From assembly GCA_010909165.1 (NCBI GenBank), contig VJWM01000025.1, positions 2,232,001 through 2,296,000 of the forward strand: 64,000 nucleotides of DNA, in the 5' to 3' direction. This stretch comes from Anthoceros angustus (Eukaryota; Plantae; Anthocerotophyta). Position numbers and translations under genes: made by a program. Positions 12,541 through 24,130 of this stretch are shown here, piece by piece (the stretch's first letter is position 1; each line of letters begins with the position of its first letter). Below the pieces are notes generated by a model that was not told where the DNA came from, did not search any database, and saw only the letters and a program-made list of their open reading frames with translations.

Positions 12541-13425
12541 AAAATGTAGAACATGATGATGATGATAAGATGGGATTCAACATGGTGGCGCAGAAAGAGT
12601 TTGCAATCATTATGATAAGGTTTTTAAAGGAAAAAGAGTATTCTGCTTGATTGAGAAAGATAAACTCTTAGAGAAATTCCTTTAACTTTTCTTTTGTGAA
12701 CTAATCGCTGGCATATTTTGGTTATTGTATTATAGGTAACTTGTTATTCCAAAGAAAGGGTGCATCATGAGGATAAGGATGAGAAAGGGGATGAGGATGT
12801 GGAGGATGATGATGAAAAGATCACAACATTCATAAAAAATACCAATTTTGAGGAAATAAGTTTACGACAAATACTTGGCTTGCAGCTCATTTTTGACAAA
12901 CCTATTAGAGGGAGGGGAGCTATCAAATAGTAGCTATGTGCAAACCAATAAAACTTGTAGTTCTCAAGTCAAGCAGTAGCTGTGCGCAAACCAAAAGTAT
13001 TATTTCTTGAGCGGATTGTAAACATTGATAGAAGAACGGAAAGCAAGCAGAATAGAATACTTGGGGGGAGAGGGCAAAGGTAGGGTTAGAAAGAGCTTCT
13101 TTTTCATGGGAATACCAATGAGAGGAATTTGGACCAACGGGAGAGGCCCTCCAACTCTAAGGGGAAGGTAGAAAGAGCTTCTTTTTCATACATGATAAGT
13201 GAACGGATAGAGCTCTTACAGTGGATATGGTTCAAGGAAGGAGGCCTTGACTTTCTCCAGCTTTATCCAATCATCAAGAGCAAGATAAGAACCCATATTC
13301 CCTGATCAAGACGTCATCTTGATTAGAAACGATCTCCTAATACATTCTGTTCAGAACTAATAATAGAAGGTAGAATTACATCAAGTTTATGTGTAAGAGT
13401 TGGCTGCTAATGATCTTTCCTGTGA

Positions 13426-13532
13426 ACAAACTGCCTCAGTTTCTCACCTTTAAGAATTTGCCTCCATTTCTCACTTTTAAGAATTTGCCTCCATTTCTCA
13501 CCTTTAAGAATTTGCCTCAATTTCTCACCTTT
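13426..13532. repeat. 27-bp minisatellite, 4 copies
   Basis: AAGAATTTGCCTCCATTTCTCACCTTT unit; TGCCTC recurs at 13432, 13459, 13486, 13513. Confidence 0.9.
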
Positions 13533-14613
13533 GTGCATGTCTGGTTGTTTTATGCACAGGAAGTTTGGTTATACTCTAGACACACAAGGTGATCCGTAGG
13601 GAGCCTAAGTTTTATGACTCTAAACGAGCCTTCAACCGCATTCGCTCCGTACCTCTACTAAAGGCGGGGCCGACCCACCTATGAACCGATATACCCGATA
13701 TACCCCGGTATATTTTCTCTCTCCTACATGAACTCTTCAGTACCATCTCTATATCCTTCTATACCTTCTCTCTCCTACCTATATAAACCTTCTGGCGCTT
13801 GAGGGAGCTTATTTCTGCCGGCGGGGTGGCTCAGCTTAAGCTTGGATAGGGTGGCTCCCTATTTTGCGAGGGTTTGGTGTTGGTAGTCTAACATTTTTAT
13901 GGTAATCTAATATTTTTATGGTGGTCTAATACTTTTATGCTGGTCTAATAGTTTTAAAGTGGTCTAATATTGATGGTCTTACATTTTTATGGTGATCTTT
14001 CATTTGTATGCCATTCCTTTTCAAGAATTCAAGCTGTTCGATATGATCTTGCACATTTGACAATTTGTGAAGGAGCATTTCTACTACTAGCTTTGATTGA
14101 AAAATTTTTCGAGTGACGATGAATATGAGACAATCTTGAATGAAGCCTTCAAATAGATAAGTGTGTGCTAGTGGTGATGAATTATTTGTTTTGGAGTTCA
14201 ATAGCTTATGCAAGTGAAGGGCAAAGTTCGAAACCCATAACGAGTAGTGGTGTTAGTGATAGTAAAGTGTCAAAATAGAAATCCACTTGGCATGTCTACA
14301 AGCAGCTTTCACCAAAGCTGCGAAGGTTGATGCGGAGAAGCGTCTTTTCTCTTGTTTACAACTTCTACTGCTCTCCTTGTTCAATAAACTTGATGAAGCC
14401 TTGCTAGATGCACAACCAACACAACAAAAACAATGGGCCTAGTTTGATGCTTGTAGACCGGTTAAAACTGTTTTAGCAGCCAAAAATCGTGTCAGGATGA
14501 GGAGAGTGGAGACGCTCATGGTTTACCTCCATCTATGCAAAGAGAAGGCTTGTGGCCACGAGGTTGTGACAGATGTAAAAGCATCTTTCCCTTCTCGGGC
14601 GCGTAGCACACAC

Positions 14614-14670
14614 TCTCAGATGGTGTATGTGCACCTCCCAAGAGTGGGTGTGCACATACACCATCTGAGA
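14614..14670. other. Perfect 21-bp inverted repeat with 15-nt loop
   Basis: TCTCAGATGGTGTATGTGCAC (14614-14634) pairs with GTGCACATACACCATCTGAGA (14650-14670). Confidence 0.85.
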
Positions 14671-15858
14671 TAAGAAGGAACTAGCCGCTCCTTCCTGATT
14701 AGCCTTCAATGAAGTCTCCACTCCCATTCACAAACCTAGCGGGATCAGCAAGTAGCCTATGACTTTTCTTCCATGCTCAAGGGCAGAGGAGATCTATAAC
14801 GAGATCTTGCAGATAAACTATTTGAGACAAAATGTGTGTCTTTCCATCTGGTTAAGATTGTGTGTTTGAAATCGTCTCACTTCATGGACGCGCTGATCAC
14901 CCTCGTGTGAGGTTTTCAGCGCTCGATAACCCTCTGGATAAGATAAGCTCCATGGCACTATTTCCTCTCATGTAAAATTCAACAGGGCCTCTGCATACTT
15001 TGCTCAAGTATCCCCTGTCTTGAAACGAAAAGAATTCACGGTGTGAAAATAGTGGGCGACCGAACTTGAGTTTGTTCGTCCTTCAAGGGTTAAATTCTCG
15101 GCACCTTGAAAAGTATATATATGCTGCCAATATGAATTTGTGTGTGGAATTCTGTGGTTGCATATTCTGTAAGAAATAGGGCTCAGGATGTATTCACACC
15201 TGAATAATTTCGTATATCTTTATAAAAATGTGAAATGACCATGTGGGTATTTGAACATTATCATTAATATAAAATAATTTTTACCTTTATGATAATATGA
15301 AATGAGTACCAATGTGGGCATGTGAGTAATTAAACATGAGATTAATGGATAGTTTAACAGAGTTACTAACTAACAATAATGAACACGCCTACAAAATAAG
15401 ACATGCATCATGGTCAGACGTACAAATAAAAAGTGCCTACTCTATTTAGTGGTGATCGTGGAGTGGCCGCAACTTTGTCAGCAGGCTCGCGGAAGATGCC
15501 TTCACCTGGCCTTGGTGTATCGTTATATGTATGTGTAGGTATATGTATGTTAGAAATAAAAAAAAGTGAAAAAAAAGGAAGAGAGGGCAAGAGGAATAGA
15601 GTCATCTCCTCCTCCCATGCGCATAGAAGGAAAGTGAGAGGCCGCTTGCCGACCCCGCTAGGTCTGTGAACGGGAGTGGAGACTTCATTTGAAGGCGAAG
15701 CAGGAAGGAGCGCCAGCTGCATCAGGTGGAAGGGAAGTCCAAGTGGGAGTGAGCGCGTGGGGAGCAGGCCAGCGCGAGACGGACACTGGAACCGGGGCCA
15801 GGACCAGGACCCCGTGTGAATGCAGCAGCCGGAGAAGGATGAGGTGATCGCAGCAGCA

Positions 15859-15889
15859 GGAGGAGGAGGAGGAGGAGGAGGAGGAGGAG
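15859..15889 (+). repeat. (GGA)n microsatellite in the WDR48 5' region
   Basis: About 10 GGA units ~60 bp upstream of the ATG. Confidence 0.9.
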
Positions 15890-15947
15890 CAGTACGAGCA
15901 GCAGCAGGAGGGGCAGCAGCGGATGCGCGGAAGCGGAGGTTGTGAGT

Positions 15948-18900
15948 ATGCATCGCGTGGGCAGCACAGGAAATGCCGCCAATGCCGCCCGCCCCCGCAA
16001 GGAACGCCGCCTCACCTACGTCCTGCGCGACTCTAACGACTCCAAGGTGCGGCATGCGATTCCGGAGGCCCCTGAATTCTTCCATGCTGCCTGCCAATTC
16101 GCGTCTCACGGACATCCCTATGTCCCTGCCATGTGTGCCCCTGTGTGTGTGTGCTGTCATGTGCTGTGCAGCACTGCTCCGGGATCAACACAGTGACCAC
16201 CACCAACCCGCATGCGCGCGACGGCCGAGACGGCTACCTCTTTTCTGGCAGCCGGGATGGCACCATCCGGAGATGGGAGCTGGGGGAGGAAGCTGCCGTC
16301 TGCCGTGCCACTTTCGAGTCCCACGTCGACTGGGTATGCATGCCGATCTCGCGTCCTCGGGGATGCCTGGCAGCTGCAATTTTTTTTGCACGTCTGTGTC
16401 TGTCTGTCCGATTTTTGGTGGACACCTTCGGTGTTTGCTTGGCTCGACTCGGCTTGGAGGTCTAAGCGTGCCTCCTTTGGTCCGCGCAACAGGTGAATGA
16501 TGTGGTGCTGACTGGAGAGGACACACTCGTTTCCTGCTCGTCGGATACCACCATCAAGGTACGGACCTTGTCTGGGCTTACCCCGTTTCGAGTGGGTTGG
16601 GGGAAGGAAACAGGAATGAGCTTATGCGGCATGATGGCTTTGGCAGACCTGGCGGGCCTCATCTTATGGCGAATGCACCAGAACTTTCAGGCAGCACACC
16701 GACTATGTCACTTCTCTGGCTGCTGCGAGGCATGTGAGTAAAACTTGCCCACAGCTGCGGGCTGGTAGCAGGCACTCATGAATTTTTTAACTTTCCTGTG
16801 GCACAAGTCACGGGGGTAGGCGTCATGGCATACAGTGCAGTATTCTCGTGCTGACCACCCCACCCTCCGTGTGTTGGCCAGACAAATGTCGTTGCATCTG
16901 GCGGTCTGGGACGTGAAGTATTTCTATGGGACCTCGAGGCCGCCATGAAACCTGTTGCAAGGGCAGGCAATGGAGGTGCAGAAGAGGCTGTATTCGATAG
17001 AACCCATCCTTCAAGTACTGGTCCCGCTCCAGTTCCTCCCTCCGGTGGACCTGGCCTAGATCGCTCTAATTTCGGCAGTAACAACGCTGCTCCCCCACTT
17101 TCCAACCCTACGTCTGGCTACATCCCGCTGCCAGCCAAGGGTCACAAGGAGTCCGTCTATTCTCTTGCCATTAATGATGCTGGCACTGTTCTAGTGTCTG
17201 GAGGCACTGAAAAGGTAGCTTGGTTTGCTTGCAATTTTTTGTGCTGCTTTTCCCACCATTCTCCTCCACTCAGGAAATCATACTTATATAGCCCTTTCAT
17301 ATCGGATTAGGCAATCCGAGTTTGGGATCCTAGAACAGGAGCCAAGCAAATGAAGTTGAAGGGGCATACAGATAATGTTCGAGCACTACTTCTCGACTCT
17401 TCAGAAAGGTATTGGTTTGATTGTGTGTCCATAATTTGTCCTTTATGAGCGCCATGTTAGTGCAATAACCCATCTTTGTTCATGGTGATAGCTGGGTGCA
17501 GCCATGAGGTTGTAGTCCCAAGGCTGCTTCTCTGTCACTTTATGAGCAGAGGCTGAAACCCTGGTCTTTTTCGTAGTGTTAATCTGTGCTAGACCAGTGC
17601 TGCAGATCACGTCTTGCATTTGTTGTAAGGTGGCATTGTTGTTTCCTCCTAGGTCGGTTGTATTTTCCTATTGACTGGAGAGTGGATGTCTTGTGGTCTC
17701 AATTAGGAGTGGATACCTTTGTTCAGTTGAAACATGCATGATGCCTTTCTTGTGGGGTACTAACAGTTTTTTGCATCAACGTTTTCAAGACGAGCATGTT
17801 CCAGCTCACTGTTTCATATCTAATCTATCAGCCTGTTTTTCTTATTAGTGGACATGCTGGTCTGAATTTTTCTGTCATTGTTAAGTACGACCCATGATCG
17901 TTCATGGCTGATGCATTTACAGGTACTGTTTATCAGGATCCTCGGATTCTATGATTCGGTGAGCTCTTTTTCTCACGGATGTTGTGGCCTTCATTTCAAA
18001 TTTCCCAAGCCTGCGTGTTTTTTTCACTCTATGGTAATTTAGTTCTCAAGGCTTTGTGTCCAATGTCCGTGATAGTCCCCTCCATTCGGCTTCACTATTG
18101 TTAACAACTAATCCTAAGTTTGTGCCTGTTGCAGTCTCTGGGATCTGGGGCAGCAGCGCTGTATACATTCGTATGCTGTTCATACAGACTCGGTTTGGAC
18201 TCTAGCGGCAACACCGTCCTTTAGCCATGTCTACAGTGGAGGACGGGACCTTTCGGTAGCTCCTTCAATTGTCTAACGTTGATGGAAGCCTGGACTATTT
18301 CTTTTACTATTGTGAATGGTGAGAAGGTACTGAGGGTTGACTTTGTTGCAATCCCTGCAGGTGTATCTGACAGATTTGGTGTCCCGGGAAAGCATACTTT
18401 TATTCATGGAGCAGCATCCTGTACAGAAGCTGGCATTACAAGGTGGTGAGTGGCTTTGGGTTGCCACAACAGACTCTTCCCTACACAAATGGCCTGCCCA
18501 GGAGAAGGGCCATGTGAAGTCACTTCATAGAGCAAGCTCCTTTGTGGCTGGATCACTTCCCTTTGCTCGTGCAAGGGCTTGCTTGGAAGGCTCTGCTCCG
18601 GTATGTACCGCTAAAATGTGTTGTTTCCCTGTCAGTCCTGAGTGGTTTATTGGTTTGCTTTGGCAAGTCAGTGCTAGATCAAGTATCTGGTGGCCTATGC
18701 TATTAAGGGATTGTGGGTTGTATGGACATAGAATATTGGCTTTTAGTAGTGACAGCTGGTCACATAAGATAACCTGCTGGCAGTAAGCTAATTGCATTGT
18801 GGTTGTCCAGACTCCTATGTATTCAGAGCCTCACACTGTGATTAGTGGGAATGCTGGTATTGTGCGACACGCGATTTTGAATGATAGGCGACATGTTCTA

Positions 18901-20823
18901 ACTCAGGTTTTGTTTAGCTTTTTGTTGCATGTTCGAGTTATACTCGCCTGTTTTTTTGATGTAAGGTGTGTTTTGTCTGAGCTTTTAATAAAAGAGTGTG
19001 CTTGCCTCATTGCGCACAGGACACAGTTGGTGTTGTAAAGTTGTGGGAAATCACACGTGGAGCAGTTATTGCAGATTATGGCAAGGTATGGTGACTGTGT
19101 TTGGTATGAGCTGAGTTGGAGGAGTGATTTTCTGTGCTTTTCAAGGGATGATATCTGTTTGCTGCAATGTTATTCATGTGCATATGGGATCTCATTTGGA
19201 GTCTCCGGTGCGGACATGCTCTCGAACTCACATTTGCCTCTTCCCCATGCCCAGATTCCACTTGAAGAAAAGGAGAAAGAGATGTTTGAGATGGTGAGTA
19301 CATCGTTCTGTTTGCCAGCGTTCATCCAGGTTGTTGGACTGTAGGCATTGCCAGTATGTGCCTGATTAGCATGACATACTCTGATGCTTGGTCTCAACAG
19401 GTTAGTGTCCCAGCCTGGTTCACTATGGATACGAGACTTGGTAGCATCGCTATTCACCTTGACACTCCGAATTGCTTCTCGGCGGAGATGTATGCAGTTG
19501 ACTTGCAAGTACCGAATGCCTCTGAGGATTTGAAGGTACTTGAAGGCTCTTGTGGACGGAGAGGTTCTTGGTAATGGTTTGTCTAGCCCATTTCCACAAA
19601 TAGCTGCTCACTGATCAGCAATGGTTTCATGTTTCAGTTGAATCTGGGGCAGGAAACGCTCCGGGGCCTTCTTAGTCATTGGTTGGCCCGAAGAAGACCC
19701 AGATCCAACTTGTCCCACATGCCAAATGGGGATGGTTCACACCGAGAGGGTAGGCACGGTGAAAACGGGTCTGTCAGACCAGCAACTGATGATGCACACG
19801 AGGACAGTGAAAACCACCACCCACATGTGCTTCCTGCCTTTGAGTTTCCCTCAGCACTGGCACCATCCATCATCACTGAGGGCTCACAGGGAGGCCTATG
19901 GCGGAAGAAAGCAACTGAGCTAGATGGTACAGATGACGACAAAGACCTTCCATGGTGGTGTATTGAATGCGTTTTGCATAATCGCCTTCCTCCACGAGAG
20001 CATGCAAAGTATTGATCAACCGACTCCTTGAATGATTTTGATTTTTGCCTGTGCATGTTTTTGCTTGTTAGAGGTCCATTTGATAGATCTGATGTGTCGG
20101 AGGGCTAATTTTTCTAAATATGGTGTAAATGCCCAATCAGATACATTGGACAAGGTTTATAAGGTCTGTAATATGTCATTGGCAAGTCTACTCTAAGCAG
20201 GCAGTGGCTTTTCCGCAGGTGTAGCTTTTATTTACATCCTTATGATGGGACATCACTCCAAATTCTCACTCAAGGAAAACTAAGTGCACCTCGAATCCTG
20301 CGAATACATAAGGTGAGTCGTTGTTCTTTCTTGATCACGGGGATATTGTGCCGTTGTCAGCAAGGGGGGGTTGTGACTGTCCATGCTTACGCTTTCCTTG
20401 CAGGTTGTTAACTACGTTCTTGAAAAGCTGATAGTGGAGAAGCCACTAGATGACAGTGGTTCTGAAGGGGCATCCAGTTCAGGGCAGACTGGACATCAGG
20501 CCAATGGACATGCTACCTTCAGGCCTGGCCTAAGCTCAAGGGTCTGGCAACAACAAGTCAAGCCAGTTGTTGAAATATTGTGCAACAATCAGGTGCAATT
20601 TGATTTTTTTTCAGCTATGACATTCTGTGTGATTGACGGGTTGGTGACAGTTTTCTACCGTGTGTTTCACCTGGGATGAGATGGGCCATTCTGGTTCTAA
20701 TTTGGAATTTTTGACTTCCAGGTTTTGCCTGCAGAGATGAGTTTGGCTACGGTAAGGGCCTACGTTTGGAAAAAGTCAGACGATCTATACCTTCATTATC
20801 GCATTGTTCCACCGACTAGATGA
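15948..20823 (+). CDS. WDR48: WD40 deubiquitinase cofactor WDR48/UAF1 (Arabidopsis LRS1-like), multi-exon
   Basis: [33 protein letters not shown] (exon 15948-16046), [50 protein letters not shown], last exon [27 protein letters not shown] ending at TGA 20821-20823. Confidence 0.95.
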
Positions 20824-22151
20824 ACTTGAAGTTGTTAACGTATGAGGCGGGAGCTTCCTTGACTCGATTGCAAAGTACGTCTGCGTAGTAAAGTTTCAAC
20901 TCTCGAGTCCCTTGAGAACTTCAAGAAGTTTTAGTTTCATGGTTCTGGCTCTTAGCTCTTGACTTTTTGTGAATGTGGCAGGTGGACATGAAGTTACTGG
21001 TGAAAGCTCAATGTCCACAGTTTGAGAGGTGACTAATGATCTCCACTTGTACACAATATAGAGGAAAGTTATTGTAGGTTTCTTCAGCGAGAGTGGCGTC
21101 TTTGTGCTACCTTTTTCGGTGTCGTATCTTTCGAGGTTGCCTAGGGTTGCCTTTACGACCCAGCTTATGGACTGCGAATGGTTGTTTCATGAGTTTGAGG
21201 CTGGTTGCGCAATATTCTTGTTACGGATGCAGTTAGATTTCCACTTCACTGGCTGTCCATCGCCAGATAACAACTAACATGTTGGGAACTGTATTGGTGA
21301 AGAAAAATTTGTGAAAAACGACCAAATTGTCCTAGCCATCTGTGTGAAAATTGCTGGCAATGTCTGAACAACATTTGTGACCGGGCCTCCGTTTCCACCA
21401 AGGGCAGATCAACACAGAGCCTCAACAAAAAGCGGCAACTGGGACAGTGAGTGCTCTTCTCCCGCTACCGGTTGGCTTTACGTTTAGCTTTGTCACCCCG
21501 CCCCCGAGCTGTGCCAGACCGTATGACATTCATCAGACGAGCCTGGGCATGCCCGATGCCGCCTAAGGAAGTACTGGTTGCTCCAGCATCAGCCCCGCTT
21601 GCCACCTGATAGGAAGCCCAAGCACGTCAGCTACAGCACACAAGCAACAGCAACAGAGAAGGTCAAGCCCAGAGTGCGACGCATACATGATCAGTAGGAA
21701 GACTGGTGGACGAAGACCGATGTCCCAGCGGCTGCGCTTCCGAGAGCTCTGCAGTCGCACGTCCTGCACAAAGAGAGAGCTCGATAGTATGTGCAACCCT
21801 TGCTGTGACGCAGAAAGGAAGCAGAGGTCAGCAAAAATGCCCGAATACAAACCCGGGCGGAGTTTCTTGGAAAGATGAACCGGCTCCTTCTCTCCCTCCC
21901 GCTTTGCTTTCTTCACAAGCTCCAACAATTCATGGTCGCTGTCCGGAGAGCTGCTGTTGAGGAGATCCAGCCCCTTAGCGAACACCCTGGTGAGGTCGTT
22001 CGGGCCACCATACCTGCCACTCACGTCCTTGCTTTTGCCAAGCATTCTACCGCGAATTCAACTCCACTACCTGCGTCGGCTGCGTCCCTCCAAGCATCCC
22101 TCAAGCACCAAGCAAAATCACAGTGCAGCCTCGACCGCGACCTTCTGCACT

Positions 22152-22358
22152 TCACCGCCGGTGCGCTGGATCAGGGCCGATGTCGCGGGAACCAGTATTC
22201 ATGTACGGACCTCGCCCAACCGCCTGGGGAGACAATGGCTTGCTGGAGTCGATGACGGGGACCTTTTGCGAGGTTCTGATGAAGAAGGGCAGGGAGAAGA
22301 AGACTCCTGCTAACACCACCAGGCTCGACGCCACTGCACCATTGCTGAACCGAGGCAT
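22152..22358 (-). CDS. 68-aa single-TM microprotein with PLSPQA..RGPYMNTGSRDIGPD motif, function unknown
   Basis: Hydrophobic AVASSLVVLAGVFFSLPFFI followed by a motif recalled from uncharacterised small plant proteins; intact ORF. Confidence 0.7.
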   Translation of the reverse strand: MPRFSNGAVASSLVVLAGVFFSLPFFIRTSQKVPVIDSSKPLSPQAVGRGPYMNTGSRDIGPDPAHRR

Positions 22359-22605
22359 GTGATCGACCAGCTCAGGACGGCAGGCAACAGGGATCTCACA
22401 GTCTGCAACACTTCGCTATCTCGGCTTCCGTCCTGGTTAGGGCTGCAGACGCGACGACGAAACACGCGTTTCTAGCAACTTGATCAAAGCGTAGAGCACA
22501 CTCTTTGTGCATGGACTACGTAAATTCCGGAGAAGAAGGAAATGTTCCTGTCTTCGAAAAGCAGAAAGAGGAGCTCTCTTCTATGTAGACACTGGAAACA
22601 GTTTG

Positions 22606-23216
22606 CTAGCCACCGAAGTTTCTAAGAAGATTCGAATGTACGTCTCTGGTTCTAGAAGGTGGCGTCTCCGCAAGAGACAGCAGGTCACGAGCATCTTCTA
22701 CGTCTACGGCTAGCTTCTTCAGAGCCTCTTCAACATTTGCAAGGGTTCTCAGTTGCTGGATCCTAACCCAGTCCTGCCCCGAAGGCGTCTTCAGGATGGT
22801 TGAGGCACCGAGCGCAGATAATCTTGGAGCAAGACGAGCTCGCCATCTCCTTTGATGCATCGTCACGCTGTTGAGATGGTTCAAAATCCTGTTGATCTGC
22901 TTCAGCTCGCCGTCGTTGAAGTAGACGTCCGCAACGCCTTCCCTTCTGGAGACGATTCTGTCCACCTGCCCGAACCTCCGACAATACGATACCAACGTGC
23001 TCTCGGTGGTCTCAGGGGCGAAATTGGAGAGGCGGACAACCGGGGACACTGGGTCGTCCACTCTCATTATCCTACAAGGCTCTCCTCCACCTGGGACTTC
23101 CATGAACCGAGAAGCCAGGCTCTCCTCCCTCCTCCGTCTTGTACTCCACGAAGCACACAACCCCAGCTGGACCTCGCCTCGCAAACGAGTCCAGAATTTC
23201 CCCATGCGCAGACATG
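22606..23216 (-). pseudogene. Duplicated 3' fragment (last RRM region) of the HTH-RRM gene, no promoter or start
   Basis: Near-identical to 24131-24746 apart from a short deletion around 23120. Confidence 0.8.
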
Positions 23217-23675
23217 ATCAGTAGGAAGACTGGTGGACGAAGACCGATGTCCCAGCGGCTGCGCTTCCGAGAGCTCTGCAGTCGCACGTCCTGCACAAAG
23301 AGAGCTCGATAGTATGTGCAACCCTTGCTGTGACGCAGAAAGGAAGCAGAGGTCAGCAAAATGCCCGAATACAAACCCGGGCGGAGTTTCTTGGAAAGAT
23401 GAACCGGCTCCTTCTCTCCCTCCCGCTTTGCTTTCTTCACAAGCTCCAACAATTCATGGTCGCTGTCCGGAGAGCTGCTGTTGAGGAGATCCAGCCCCTT
23501 AGCGAACACCCTGGTGAGGTCGTTCAGGCCACCATACCTGCCACTCACGTCCTTGCTTTTGCCAAGCATTCTACCGCGAATTCAACTCCACTACCTGCGT
23601 CGGCTGCGTCCCTCCAAGCATCCCTCAAGCACCAAGCAAAATCACAGTGCAGCCTCGACCGCGACCTTCTGCACT

Positions 23676-23881
23676 TCACCGCCGGTGCGCTGGATCAGGG
23701 CCGATGTCGCGGGAACCAGTATTCATGTACGGACCTCGCCCAACCGCCTGGGGAGACAATGGCTTGCTGGAGTCGATGACGGGGACCTTTTGCGAGGTTC
23801 TGATGAAGAAGGGCAGGAGAAGAAGACTCCTGCTAACACCACCAGGCTCGACGCCACTGCACCATTGCTGAACCGAGGCAT
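23676..23881 (-). pseudogene. Second copy of the 68-aa microprotein gene with a 1-bp deletion
   Basis: GGGCAGGAGAAG here versus GGGCAGGGAGAAG in the 22.3-kb copy; could be a sequencing error. Confidence 0.65.
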
Positions 23882-24130
23882 GTGATCGACCAGCTCAGGA
23901 CGGCAGGCAACAGGGATCTCACAGTCTGCAACACTTCGCTATCTCGGCTTCCGTCCTGGTTAGGGCTGCAGACGCGACGACGAGAAACACGCGTTTCTAG
24001 CAACTTGATCAAAGCGTAGAGCACACTCTTTGTGCATGGACTACGTAAATTCCGGAGAAGAAGGAAATGTTCCTGTCTTCGAAAAGCAGAAAGAGGAGCT
24101 CTCTTCTATGTAGACACTGGAAACAGTTTG

